Below are positions 1 through 10,473 of a DNA stretch of 64,000 nucleotides, piece after piece. The position numbers and the translations under genes were made by a program. The notes under the pieces were generated by a model, which did no database searches, had not been told where the DNA came from, and was given only the letters and a program-made list of their open reading frames with translations. The stretch lies in NCBI GenBank assembly GCA_963791045.1, contig CAWBQK010000006.1, positions 224,001-288,000 of the forward strand, given 5' to 3'. Each line of letters begins with the position of its first letter. The first letter of the stretch is position 1. Origin of the DNA: Candidatus Latescibacterota bacterium (lineage in GTDB: Bacteria > Krumholzibacteriota > Krumholzibacteriia > WVZY01).

Positions 1-124
1 AGTGGGGAAGTTCGTATCTCAATAGATGTCAATTAGATAACTTTGAGCGCACACGAAAAACACGTATTCGCGCTTCACAACGATTTTCGGGAGGGATTTG
101 TTGACCACAGTTCGCGGTTTCGAG

Positions 125-760
125 ATGGGCCGGTCAATTCGCGCTGGCTGGGAGATTTTCAAGGCGAACGCGTTTTATCTCGTCGCGGTGTTCGTCATTG
201 TATCCGTTGCTTACGCTGTCATCGAGCGGGCGGAGGTGTTGGGGGACAAGCTGCCGTTTCCGATAGAGGTAATGATCCGGTTTGGCTACAGCATTGCAGT
301 GGCGCTTGTCGAAATCGGTATCCTCACCGTCGCGCTCAAACTGGTCAGGGGCGGGGAAGCGAAGTTTGAGCATCTTATCAGCGGTATGTCCGTTCTCATC
401 AAGTTTCTTATCGCTTCATTTCTCTATTACATGATTATTTTCGCCGGGCTGCTGGCGCTGGTGCTGCCCGGTATCTATCTGGCGATTAAGTACGGCTTCT
501 ACGGCTATCTTATCGTCGAAGAAGATCTCGATCCAATCGAGGCATTCAAGATCAGCGCGCGGATGACCGACGGTCTAAAGCTTGAGTTGTTCTTCTTTTA
601 TTGCCTCCTTGTTATGATCAACATCCTGGGGCTTCTGTGCCTCGGCGTCGGGGTGTATGTGTCCTGGCCGGTGACGCGCCTCGCGCTTGCCAATGTTTAT
701 CTCGATCTGCGCGAGCAAGTGAGGGAATCAGACAACGCTCCCGTCGTGACGGTGCCGTAA
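125..760 (+). CDS. Integral membrane protein (DUF975/YciC-like)
   Basis: About five hydrophobic segments and the motif 'LALVLPGIYLAIKYGF...DPIEAFKISARMTDG' typical of this family. ATG at 125 chosen as start. Confidence 0.65.
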   Translation: MGRSIRAGWEIFKANAFYLVAVFVIVSVAYAVIERAEVLGDKLPFPIEVMIRFGYSIAVALVEIGILTVALKLVRGGEAKFEHLISGMSVLIKFLIASFLYYMIIFAGLLALVLPGIYLAIKYGFYGYLIVEEDLDPIEAFKISARMTDGLKLELFFFYCLLVMINILGLLCLGVGVYVSWPVTRLALANVYLDLREQVRESDNAPVVTVP

Positions 761-856
761 GCCTGGGCGGTGGCCGATGGGGCCCCCAAAGCGCGCGAAA
801 CGTCCGTTGAGCGCGTGTGGGGTAATCGGGTAGAATTCCTGGAAGGAGGATGTCTC

Positions 857-1273
857 ATGGCGGATATCGTCAAGAAAGTGACCTACTGCAACACCGTCGT
901 CACCAACCGCGCCGCTCAGGGCGTCAAGGTGCTTGCTGAACTCCAGCGTGTTGGGGTCAACCTCACCGCGTTCAGCGGATTTCCAACAAAGGGCGGCAAA
1001 GCTAAGCTCGATTTTGTCACCGAGGATATCGGCGCTGTTCGAAAGGTCTTCAGAGAGAACGGATGGGAACTGAGTAAGCCCAAAAAGGGCTTTCTCATCC
1101 ACGGGGCCGACGGCGTTGGTGTTGCTTTCAAACACATAAAGAAGCTCGCCGACGAGAATATCAGTATTACGGCGGCGGACGCGGTCTACGCGGGCAAGGG
1201 GCGTTTCGGGATGATTCTTTGGGTAAAACCGAAGGATTACCGCAAGGCGGCGAGGCTTCTCAAAGCCAAGTGA
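857..1273 (+). CDS. ACT-domain protein (two tandem ACT-like units)
   Basis: RBS GGAGGA before ATG 857. 'NRAAQGVKVLAELQRVGVNL' and 'DGVGVAFKHIKKLADENISI' are two ACT-like units. Confidence 0.7.
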   Translation: MADIVKKVTYCNTVVTNRAAQGVKVLAELQRVGVNLTAFSGFPTKGGKAKLDFVTEDIGAVRKVFRENGWELSKPKKGFLIHGADGVGVAFKHIKKLADENISITAADAVYAGKGRFGMILWVKPKDYRKAARLLKAK

Positions 1274-1277
1274 GCGT

Positions 1278-1539
1278 GCGCGGGTGGCTGTTTACGGTTT
1301 GGGTTGTTGAAGCTTCTGAGCCAAGCACCCACACTTCGCTTCGCTCGCCGGTGGGGCCCCCGAAGCGGCGAAGCGGAGCGAGCGCCGAGCGGGAGGACCT
1401 TGGCGCTCGAGTCCCACAGTCTCTAAGCCGGCGGAGTCGGAGCGAGCACGCGTGGGCTTACCGCTGAGGTAGTTGCAGCATCTGAGCACGACACCCCGCA
1501 CTCCGCTTCGCTACGGGAAATCGGCGACAGGACCCGCGC
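1278..1539. repeat. Dispersed structured non-coding element, copy 1 (REP/MITE-like or ncRNA)
   Basis: Aligns by eye with 60817-61117. Terminal inverted repeat GCGCGGGT/ACCCGCGC and two internal sub-repeats ending CGCTTCGCT. Confidence 0.75.
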
Positions 1540-1558
1540 TCCGTTTATTTTTAGGTAG

Positions 1559-1990
1559 TTAGTCGTCTTCGCTGGCGTCGCGGCGTTGGCGCTTTCTTGC
1601 GCCGCGGTGGCGTTTGTCTTCCAAACGGCGTTCCTTCGAAGCCTTCGTCGGCCTTGTTTTCCGGCGCGGCTTTGGTGGGGTTGCCGCTTTCTTTATCATT
1701 GCGACGAGTCGTTCGATCGCGTCTTCGCGGTTGGCCTGCTGGGTCCGGTGCCGCTGCGCGGTTATTACGAGCACGCCCTCGTCGGTCATTCTTTTCCCCG
1801 CAAGCTTTAACAATCTTCGCCGGATGTCGTTGGTTAGCGACGGCGATCCCTTCACATCAAAACGTAGCTGGACGGCCGTCGACACCTTGTTGACGTTCTG
1901 ACCCCCAGGGCCCGAGGATCGGATGAATTCGAGGTGGATCTCGTCCTCGGCGATGGAGAGTGTGTCGGTAATGGAAATCACGTCGGGCAC
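1559..1990 (-). CDS. arfB: Alternative ribosome-rescue peptidyl-tRNA hydrolase ArfB/YaeJ
   Basis: RSSGPGGQNVNKV (GGQ motif), RTQQANR and a basic C-terminal tail (RRKTRPTKASKERRL). GTG start at 1990 inferred. Confidence 0.93.
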   Translation of the reverse strand: MPDVISITDTLSIAEDEIHLEFIRSSGPGGQNVNKVSTAVQLRFDVKGSPSLTNDIRRRLLKLAGKRMTDEGVLVITAQRHRTQQANREDAIERLVAMIKKAATPPKPRRKTRPTKASKERRLEDKRHRGARKRQRRDASEDD

Positions 1991-2118
1991 CGTTCTTGTG
2001 GCTGGGGTTCGTGCCCAGTGAACAAGACTCCTCAGAAAAACGCAACCGCAAATCACTTTTTGCCGTAGATCCTTAAATATTAGGAGGTCGGATCGAAAAA
2101 GCGGGGAGGCCACGTCGC

Positions 2119-4432
2119 ATGAATCAACGTACGCTCGTTGTCGGCTTGATGTCGATCACGCTCCTCTCACTGGAGCTCGTTTGGACTCGGTTATTCTCGG
2201 CCGAGTTTTTTTACACCTATGCATTCTTGATGCTTTCGCTCGCCGTGATGGGGATGGGTCTTGGAGCGCTGGGCGCGCGGCTGTGTCCCGGGGTTCGATC
2301 GGCCCGAGCTGGAATGGGTGTTTGGCTTGCGTTCGCCGGCGTGTTCGCGATACTGGGGCCTCCCATGGTTTTTCGGCTGGGGATTGATTTCGCGTTGATG
2401 TTTACGGAAACTGGGTGATGATAGGGCGATTTGTCCTGACCCTCCTGCTTGCTCGGGATGCCGTTTTTTTTGGCGGAATCGCGCTGGCCATCGTCGTTCA
2501 AGAGGCACCATGAGGAAATGCCCGGCTGTATTCGGCGGATCTTATCGGCGCCGGCCTAGGTGTTTTTGTGGCGATCGTATTCATGAACAAGATGGGCACG
2601 CCGACCGCTGTCTTCTGGCTGGCCATTGCCAATGCTCTTGGCAGCGCTGGTGGCGGCGCGCTGGTGGTTCAAGATCATTCCCCGTCGGGTAATCATCGTG
2701 CTTGTTTTTCTGATGGACGGACGCGCCGACACGCTTCTCGAGGCAGCAAAGGGAAGAACGGGCTCCCGTGCTATACAAGCACTGGGATGCGATGTCCAAG
2801 GTCAAGATGTACATCTACGGCGGGTATTACAGGGGAATCAATGTCGACAACGTCGCGAACTCGCCGGTGATTCCTTTCGACGGCGATTGGGAAGCGTTCG
2901 AGAAGGAGATGGGTCCCGAAGGGTGGAACATCGATGTGGGTATCTGATCGATCAGTTCGATGACTGCACGTTTCTGTCACTGGGATCGGGGGGCGGGTCA
3001 GGATGTGATTCAGGCGCTGATGTACGGTGCTACGGAAATCCACGCGGTCGAGGTCAATCCGCACATCAACAAGATGATGCTCGAGGGCGACCCAAAAGGG
3101 TATATCGTCCGGGATTCATCGGTGGTCGATTCGACGGGACGGCTCGTCACCTGCGCCGAGTTTTCGGGACACATATTCAAAGATCCAAGAGTGAAGGTAA
3201 TCAGCGAGGATGCGCGCACCTATGTCCGGCGGCACAAAAACAAATTTGATGTCATTTACTCGTTGAGCTCGAATACATGGGCGGCGTTCGGGTCGGGGTC
3301 ATTCGCGCTGGCGGAAAACTATATCTTTACCACCGAAGCATTCAAAGACTACTGGCAAGCGCTCACCGACGACGGTTTTTTGTCGATGGAGCACCAGGTG
3401 TACATGCCGCGTCTCGTCGCGGAGTTGATAGACGCGTTGAACGATCTCGGTGTGGAGAATCCGACCGATCATTTCACCGTCTACAATTTGCCCAAGCTCC
3501 GCCGCAACCTCCTGCTCCTCTCGAAGCGCCCGCTCACCGATGAGATTCGCCGCGACGCCTACAAGGCGATGCGCGACGAGAGACACGATTTTATCGAGTA
3601 TCTCTACCCGGCCCCCGATTCGCTCGAATCAAACATTGTGAATCAGATCGTCACCAATGGGTGGAGGGCCGCCGCCGACTCGTCGAAGATCAACATATCA
3701 CCGTGCACCGACGATCGGCCGTTTGTGGCGCAGTTGGGGCTGTGGCGCAATTTTACGCGCGAAAAACTCGATGGAATCAACCCGTATGCGGAGTTCAGCG
3801 GATTCCCGGTGTCAAAAATCATCATATTCACGATTCTTGCCGTGGTTATTGTATTGATGATTCCACTGATGTTCGTCCCCTATCTGACGCGGGGCGAGAA
3901 GCTTTGTCCGGCGGGATGGTTGTACTTCTTCCTCATCGGCGTTGCGTTTATGTCGGTCGAGGTTGTCTTGATCCAGAAATACGCGCTCTTTATCGGCGCG
4001 TCGGTATATTCGATAGCTACGGTTCTCCTGTCGCTTCTTATTGCGTCGGGTGTGGGGAGCCGGTTTGCCGGGCGCGTACCGGTGAGTTCGGCGTTCTTTG
4101 GAATTCTCGTGTGGATTCTTGTCGAGCTTTTCCTTTTGAAATTCATTACGGCATCTCTCACCGGTCTTCCGATGATCGCGCGGGCGATTGCAGCGGGCGC
4201 GCTTGTGTTTCCCCTTGGGTTCTTTATGGGAATCCCGTTCCCGAAGGGCGCGCTTCGTGTAGGCACGCTCGTCGACTGGGGGTTTGCCGTCAATGGCGTC
4301 GCGTCGGTCCTCGGCGGGACGGCCATTGTACTCGTGTCGTTCACATGGGGATTCGCCGTCGCGCTCCAGGTTGCGGCCGTATGCTACGCGGCGGCGTGGC
4401 TCCTCATGTCGATGGAATCGCTTTGGAATTAA
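2119..4432 (+). CDS. Membrane-embedded spermidine-synthase-like SAM-dependent transferase (frameshifted in the first ~850 nt)
   Basis: N-terminal TM block 'LELVWTRLFSAEFFYTYAF', SAM motif LSLGSGGG-QDV..AVEVNP, 'EDARTYV..FDVI', 'ENYIFTTEAF', 'TDDRPF' and a C-terminal MFS-like TM block. Several indels between 2400 and 2990. Confidence 0.75.
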
Positions 4433-4574
4433 CGGTTTTGTGCCGGGATGCGTGTGGCTCGCGCCGCCGCGTCCCGGCTTAGCGCTTGCCCTTTTTTTGA
4501 TCTCGCGTTACATTCTGGTGATAACGGAATCGCAAAACAATCGAAACAAATAGTGCATCGAGCAGGAGGGTTGC

Positions 4575-5066
4575 ATGCCGAGTTATTCGAGCCAGTTTCC
4601 CGATCCCATCGCGCTGGTGACGGCGAAAAGCGGAGATAAAATCAATGTGATGACGGCGGGATGGACTACACCGGTGTCATCGAACCCGCCGATCTTGATG
4701 GTGAGCATCGCGCCGCAGCGATTCACCCACGATCTCATCCTGGAGTCGGGCGAGTTTGGTTTGTCGATCCTTGCCGACGATCAGAAGGCGCTTTCCGAGC
4801 TTGCCGGAACGTTGTCGGGTAAAAAAGAAGACAAGATAGTGCGGCCCGAGTTCGAACTCATCGACGCGGAAAAAATAAGCGCGCCGCTGATTGCCGGCGC
4901 GCGTGCGTGGATCGAATGCTCGTTGGATTCCCATCATACGGTGGGGGACCACACGGTATTTTATGGCAACGTCCTCAAAACCACCTTCGACAATACCAAG
5001 TCGCCGCTTGTTCTTTTCTTTCGAAAGTACTACGGTCTTGGCGAAGTGAAGGGACTGTATCCTTAG
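4575..5066 (+). CDS. Flavin reductase family protein
   Basis: RBS AGGAGG; motifs INVMTAGW, SSNPP, APLIAGA.AWIEC and GDHTVFYG. Confidence 0.9.
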   Translation: MPSYSSQFPDPIALVTAKSGDKINVMTAGWTTPVSSNPPILMVSIAPQRFTHDLILESGEFGLSILADDQKALSELAGTLSGKKEDKIVRPEFELIDAEKISAPLIAGARAWIECSLDSHHTVGDHTVFYGNVLKTTFDNTKSPLVLFFRKYYGLGEVKGLYP

Positions 5067-5139
5067 GCCGCGGCGGCCCTTTCTTCGACTGTCGATCCAA
5101 CCGCGCGTGTTCGTACTTGAGCACGCGCTTTCAGCGCGC

Positions 5140-7490
5140 TTATTTTGTCACCACCATTTTCCTCGTGTCGGTGTAGCCGGGTGTGATGAGTCGGTAGAAG
5201 TACACACCCGAGGATACCCGTGCGCCGCTGTCATCACGCGCGTCCCACGTGACCGATTTCTCTCCCGGCGCCTCGACTTCATTCTTGAGTGACCGGACGA
5301 GCCGACCGTTTACATCGTACACGACGAGCGATACGTGTCCGCCGCCCGGCGGGACATCATAACGAATAACCGTCGACGGATTGAAGGGGTTCGGCGCGTT
5401 CTGATAGAGTGCGAACTTTTCGGGGACGATTGGATCCGGCTCGACTCCGGTGCCCGGGCTTGTCGGCGAAATCCGGATCGAGTACCAACCTTTTTTGTAG
5501 AGTTTGTTCGCAAAAACGACAAGGCCGTACCAATCGGTCGTTTGGGGAATGAAGATGCCGGTTTCCGAATCGCCGAGCTCCCATTGGGCCGACAAGCGAT
5601 CCGCAAAGTAGTTGCCGTTGCCCGGGTTTCTGAACAGCGAGAGCCGCATATCGGCAAGTCCGCTTCTGGTGAAACCGATTTGATAGGTCTTTCCCGCTTC
5701 CAGATACACATCCCAGATCTTGATGGAGCCGCAACCGCTGGTGTGATCGTAGACTCCCTCAACGGTCGTGTCGTACGGAAACTGTTCGGTGTCGTTGTCC
5801 GTCTGAACCGAGAACGTCTCCCATTGGTCGCCCTCAGTTACATGGGCGTAATAAGTTCCCGTCGCGCTGTGGTTGAAATCACCAACAATGAAAGACGCGC
5901 CGCCAAATGCCGGGGAGTCCGCGAGAAGGGTGCCTTTGCCGTCACACTGTGTGCGGAGAGCGATGCGTTTTAAGTCGCCCTCTGCGGGAAGCACGCCGAT
6001 CACCGACCAGTAGTCGGCGCTCTGTGCGAACGAGAAGTCGTTCGGCCAGCGCGACGTGTACACGCATTCCATTGATGTCAAAGGCATGCAGTCGTTGAGT
6101 TCCTGGACCTGGATCTCGTATCCGCTCGTGTGATCTTTTCGGCTGTCCGCAAACACGACGAGTCCGAAAAAGTCGCTTTGCGGCGCTGTGTAGTTGTGGG
6201 TGCCGCTGGTTGCCAATTCAAACTCCGCACTGACCCTTCCACCCCAGTATTCGCCCGTGCCAGGGTTCTTGTACAGGGAGAGATGTGGATCCTTCTGGCC
6301 CCATTTATTGAAGAAAAACTCGTATTCACGACCCGCGTCGAGATACAAGTCCCAGATCTTGACCCCATTGCACTCGCTGGTGGTTCCCGACATCGTGCCG
6401 ATTTCGTTTCTCGGGGGATAGAACAAATCGGCGCCGCCATCCCACTGGACGGTGAAGTCGAGATCGTACTCGGTGCTCTGCAAGTACGGATACCGGTCGG
6501 CGGGCAGCGGTGCGCTGCCAAAGTCACCGACGACGAGTTCAGTCTGGCCGACTCCCGCGTTGTACGATGAGCCGAGTTGGTTGCCCAGTGCGTCACAGGC
6601 GTCGATCAGGTAGAGGCTCATATCATCTAGTGTGTCGGGAGTTACGGCGAAGGCCGTCCAATAATCCCGTTCCTGGTAAAAGTGAAAATTGTTGGCGGGG
6701 CCGTCGGCAACGGTGTAGAGCTTGTGGTTGGTACAGACGGCATGGTCCATCGGAATGCAGTCGGAGAGTTTTTCGATGTTGATGGAGTAATACCATGATG
6801 ACGACGTGTTCCACGGCACGAACACAACAAAGCCATACCAGTCGCTGGCGGGGGCTGTGTAGAAGTGCCCCGTACTCTGTGGTGATGATATTTCGAATTC
6901 GCTCGCGTCTCGGCCCGCCCAGTAGTCGCCCGTCGAGGGGTTGCGAAAGATCGCCACGTTGGCTGTCAAACCTATCTGGGGGGCGAATGAGAACATGTAC
7001 TCGGCGCCTTCTTCGAGAAAAACATCATAGATCTGGATCATGTTGCAGCCCGCGCCCGTTCCGCCAAGCCAACCGCTTACCCACGGGCCGACGGGAAGTA
7101 TGTCGCCGCCTTGATTCCAATAGACATCATATGCGACATCTCCGCCGTATGTGACTTGCGGGTAATAAGTCCCGATCGCATTGTGATTGAAATCCCCGAC
7201 GATAAAGTCGGTGCCGTCCGTTCCCGTTGAAGATGCCAGCAGCGAACCCGTTCCGCACGAAGGGTACAAATAGATATCCTTGTCATCCGGACTCGACGGG
7301 ACCACTCCCACGACCGCCCAGTAGTGGTAGAACTGATTTATCGAGTAGTCCTGGGGTATGGTGGTCTCGGACTGGCAAACGCCTTCGGTCAGTGCGGTCA
7401 CTGGGCGTCGCGCCGCCTGCCCAGAGCAGGGCGCGCGAGAAAACCGGCCACAAAAACAATTGAGCGGATGGACTTGTTCGAAGCTGTCAT
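5140..7490 (-). CDS. Array protein A: secreted protein with three ~220-aa repeats and a FlgD-Ig/T9SS-like C-terminal tail
   Basis: GGAGCCCGAG-ATG at 7490 (MTASNKSIRSIVFVAGFL), with an indel in the signal region. Repeats contain DFIVGDFNH, IWDVYLEAG and DWYGLVVF. Tail is LYQNAPNPFNPSTVIRY...SGVYFYRL...RKMVVTK. Confidence 0.8.
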
Positions 7491-7524
7491 CTCGGGCTCC
7501 TTCAGGGGGTTCCCCTTTCAAACT

Positions 7525-9889
7525 CTACTTCATCAAAACCAGTTTCCGTGTCTCGCGGAAGCCCGGTGTTTCAATGCTGTAAAAATACACACCTGACGCG
7601 ACCCGGTTTCCGCTGTTGTCGTCGCCGTGCCATGTGACTGATTTCTCTCCAGGCGAGAGGCTCTCGCTGACAAGCGTTTTGACGAGCCGGCCGTTTACAT
7701 CGAATATTCTTAAACTCACGTTGGCGCCCCCTGACGGAACGTCATATCGGATCACTGTCGACGGGTTGAATGGGTTGGGGCTGTTCTGATAGAGCGCGAA
7801 CTGATCGGGGACGATGGGTTCCGGATCAACGCCGGTTCCAGTCCCGACCTGGTCGATTCGAATCGTGTAAGTGCCCGCGCCTTCCCGCTTGTTTGCAAAC
7901 GCGACGAGCCCGTACCAGTCACTCGCCGGAGGGGAATAGTTGAAGGTGGCATGGGCCGGGGTTTCCCATTCGCTGTTCGCTCTGCCCACCCAATAGTCGC
8001 CGATGCCGGGGTTATAGAAGAGAGCGATGTGAATATCTGATTGCCCGCTGCGTGTGAGTCCGATCTGGTAGGTTTCGCCGGCTTCCAGAAAAACATCCCA
8101 TACTTTCAGTTGGCGACAATCGATACCGAAGTTTCCGAGAGCTCCCTCAACCAATGTATTGAGCGGGAAAATATCTTCGAGTGCGTGAAATGCCACGGTC
8201 GGAATCGAATGAGTACAAGGCATCCGGATCTCCATACGTGATCCGGGCGTTGTACGTCCCCGCGGTAATGTGGTTGAAATCGCCGACGATGAAATCGGCG
8301 CCGTTTACATATCCTGACGTGGCAAGAAGCGTCCCTTCTCCATCGCACTCGGTGAATACATTGATATCTTTGTCATCTCCCTCGCTGGGGACGACTCCGA
8401 CTACGGCCCAGTATAGCCGGCGTCAAACGAAAAGTCCAGAGGGTAGCCAACCGACGTCACGCAGGATTCTGTAGGCAGCGGAGTGCAGTCGTCGTAGCGC
8501 TCGATCTCAACCGAATAGGTGCCCGAGCCGTTTATTGCCTTGCCGAATATGACAAGGCCGAAGACATCGCTTGCAGGGGCGGTGAACACGTAGCCCGTTA
8601 TGGGGTTCGAGACTCCCAATCGGCGTATGGACGTCCCCCCAGTACTCTGTGTCGCCGTTGAGATTCTGATAGAGAGCCACATGATGTTGGCGTCTCCTGT
8701 CTCCTCAAAATTGAGGCGGTATTCCATGCCGCCCTGGAGACCGAGGTCATATACATCAATGAGGTTGCAGCCCGTAGAGGTGGTGTTGATCACGCCGGAT
8801 ACGCCGGGCGCACCCACGGGACAGTAATTGGGACCATCCTTCCACTGGACCAGGTAATTTTGGTCGGCGCTCCCGTCGAAGACAACGGGGTAAACCGTGT
8901 GTGGGAACGCGTGGTTGAGATCGCCCGCGATGATCATGGTGTTGCCGGGAAAGGCGGGTGCCGACACTGCGAGATCCGTTCCGCCTTTGTCACATTCACT
9001 GTACAGATACAACCCTTTGGTGTCCGTGGGCTGGCCGATCATCGCCATTGCCACCCAGGACGTCGAAGTCGGTGCTAATCTCGTAGTCCGTCGCCGGGCC
9101 ACCCCCTGGCGAATATATTGGGGTGTAAAAACAATCGCCCGGATCGAGCGCTATGCAGTCGTTGAGTTTTTCGATTGTGATGCGAGTCGCTGCGCCATAG
9201 GATGCTACCTCGCTTGGAAAGGCGACAAGCCCATACCAGTCCGTTGCCGGGGGGACGTAGACGAACGCCGCCGTGTTTTCGTCGATCTTCCATTCACTGT
9301 CGCCGCGTCCTGCCCAATAGTCTGAAGTGCCGGGGTTTCTGAAGAGTGAGAGAAACACATCGGGGTGGGCACCGACTTCCATTTCAACTCTGTACTCAAC
9401 TCCTTCCTCGAGAAAGATATCCCAGATGCGGACGAGATTGCACGGCGAGGGGCTGCCTCCCGTCGTTACCCAGAAACATGTGCTTATGGGGAAGATCTCC
9501 CCGCCGGTTACCCATTCGACCGTGTATAGATCGGTTTCGGTGCCGAAGACAGTTGTCGGGTAGTAAGTGCCCACGGTGTTGTGGTTGAAATCTCCGACGA
9601 TGAAGTCGGTGCCGCTGATTTGTGTCGATGAGGCCAGCACGTCTCCCGCATTGCACTGTGTGTAAAGATAGATGTCCTTGTCGTCGGTGGCGTCCGGCGT
9701 CACGGCGACGACAGTCCAGTACAGCGAGGATTGATTGAATGACCAGTATCTGCCGTTACCTACCGTATCGACGCATGCTTCTGATGTGAGCGGTCTGCAG
9801 GCGTGTGTGTCACCAACGACGCACATGGCGGGAATGAAGAATCCAAGCAGAATAACGATTGAACAAATGCACCTGTGTGAGACTTTCAT
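7525..9889 (-). CDS. Array protein B: paralogue of A (frameshifted into three ORFs)
   Basis: ORFs 8996-9889, 8401-9102 and 7525-8235 tile the same three-repeat plus tail architecture. Signal peptide MKVSHRCICSIVILLGFF. Confidence 0.75.
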
Positions 9890-9959
9890 TTCGGGCTCCT
9901 CCGTGAGGGGTGCCCGTGCGTCGAATGTTAACGCTCGAGTCGGCGCGCGGGTCGTTGGA

Positions 9960-10424
9960 CTACTTGTTCCGGCTCTCCAGGTATTCTTCCAGTTTGGCTC
10001 GTTCCTGGGGTGTCAGTCCTTCGATGCCCGGCGCTCGTGGGATGTTTTCGATGGTAGAAAACGCCTCGACTTTTTCCGGCGCGCTCCGTTGTATCTGGTG
10101 CGGACGGTTTTTCGATTGTGCGAGTTTGTCACGCTCGGCCTGTGTCATTCCGGCTTTTGGGTCCCTTTTTATGATCGGCTCGGAGACAGTTCCAACATTG
10201 ATGAATTCCATCGGAACCGATCGCGTTGTCACGGGCAACAGGCGTTTTTCCTTCTCGAGGGCGGTCAAGACATAGGGCTTCATCTCAGGCCCGATCGTGG
10301 ACACCGCGGGCAGTTTTACCGAGTTATCCCCGGCGTAGCCCAGGCCTATCCATATGATCGCCGGAACGAGAAGCACCGCGACGACGATTGTCGCGATAAT
10401 CAATTGTTGTTTGTTGTTCCGCAT
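9960..10424 (-). CDS. Small N-terminally anchored or secreted hypothetical protein (array partner, copy 1)
   Basis: RBS AAGGGG, basic N-terminus plus hydrophobic helix, and a clear paralogue at 12909-13376. Confidence 0.75.
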   Translation of the reverse strand: MRNNKQQLIIATIVVAVLLVPAIIWIGLGYAGDNSVKLPAVSTIGPEMKPYVLTALEKEKRLLPVTTRSVPMEFINVGTVSEPIIKRDPKAGMTQAERDKLAQSKNRPHQIQRSAPEKVEAFSTIENIPRAPGIEGLTPQERAKLEEYLESRNK

Positions 10425-10473
10425 TTCAGAATCCCCTTACGTCTGTGAAACAATCGCTACTCCCAATTCGGAT

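Noticed and set aside
1278-1539. Element as an integron attC site or group II intron remnant
   Set aside because: It lacks RYYYAAC/GTTRRRY ends and cassette context, and I see no convincing domain V/VI. It is kept as an unassigned structured repeat.
7491-7521. Upstream start of the 793-aa ORF (MKGEPPEG...)
   Set aside because: The real start is probably ATG 7490 after GGAG, matching paralogues B and C. The extension is an artefact of an indel in the signal region.
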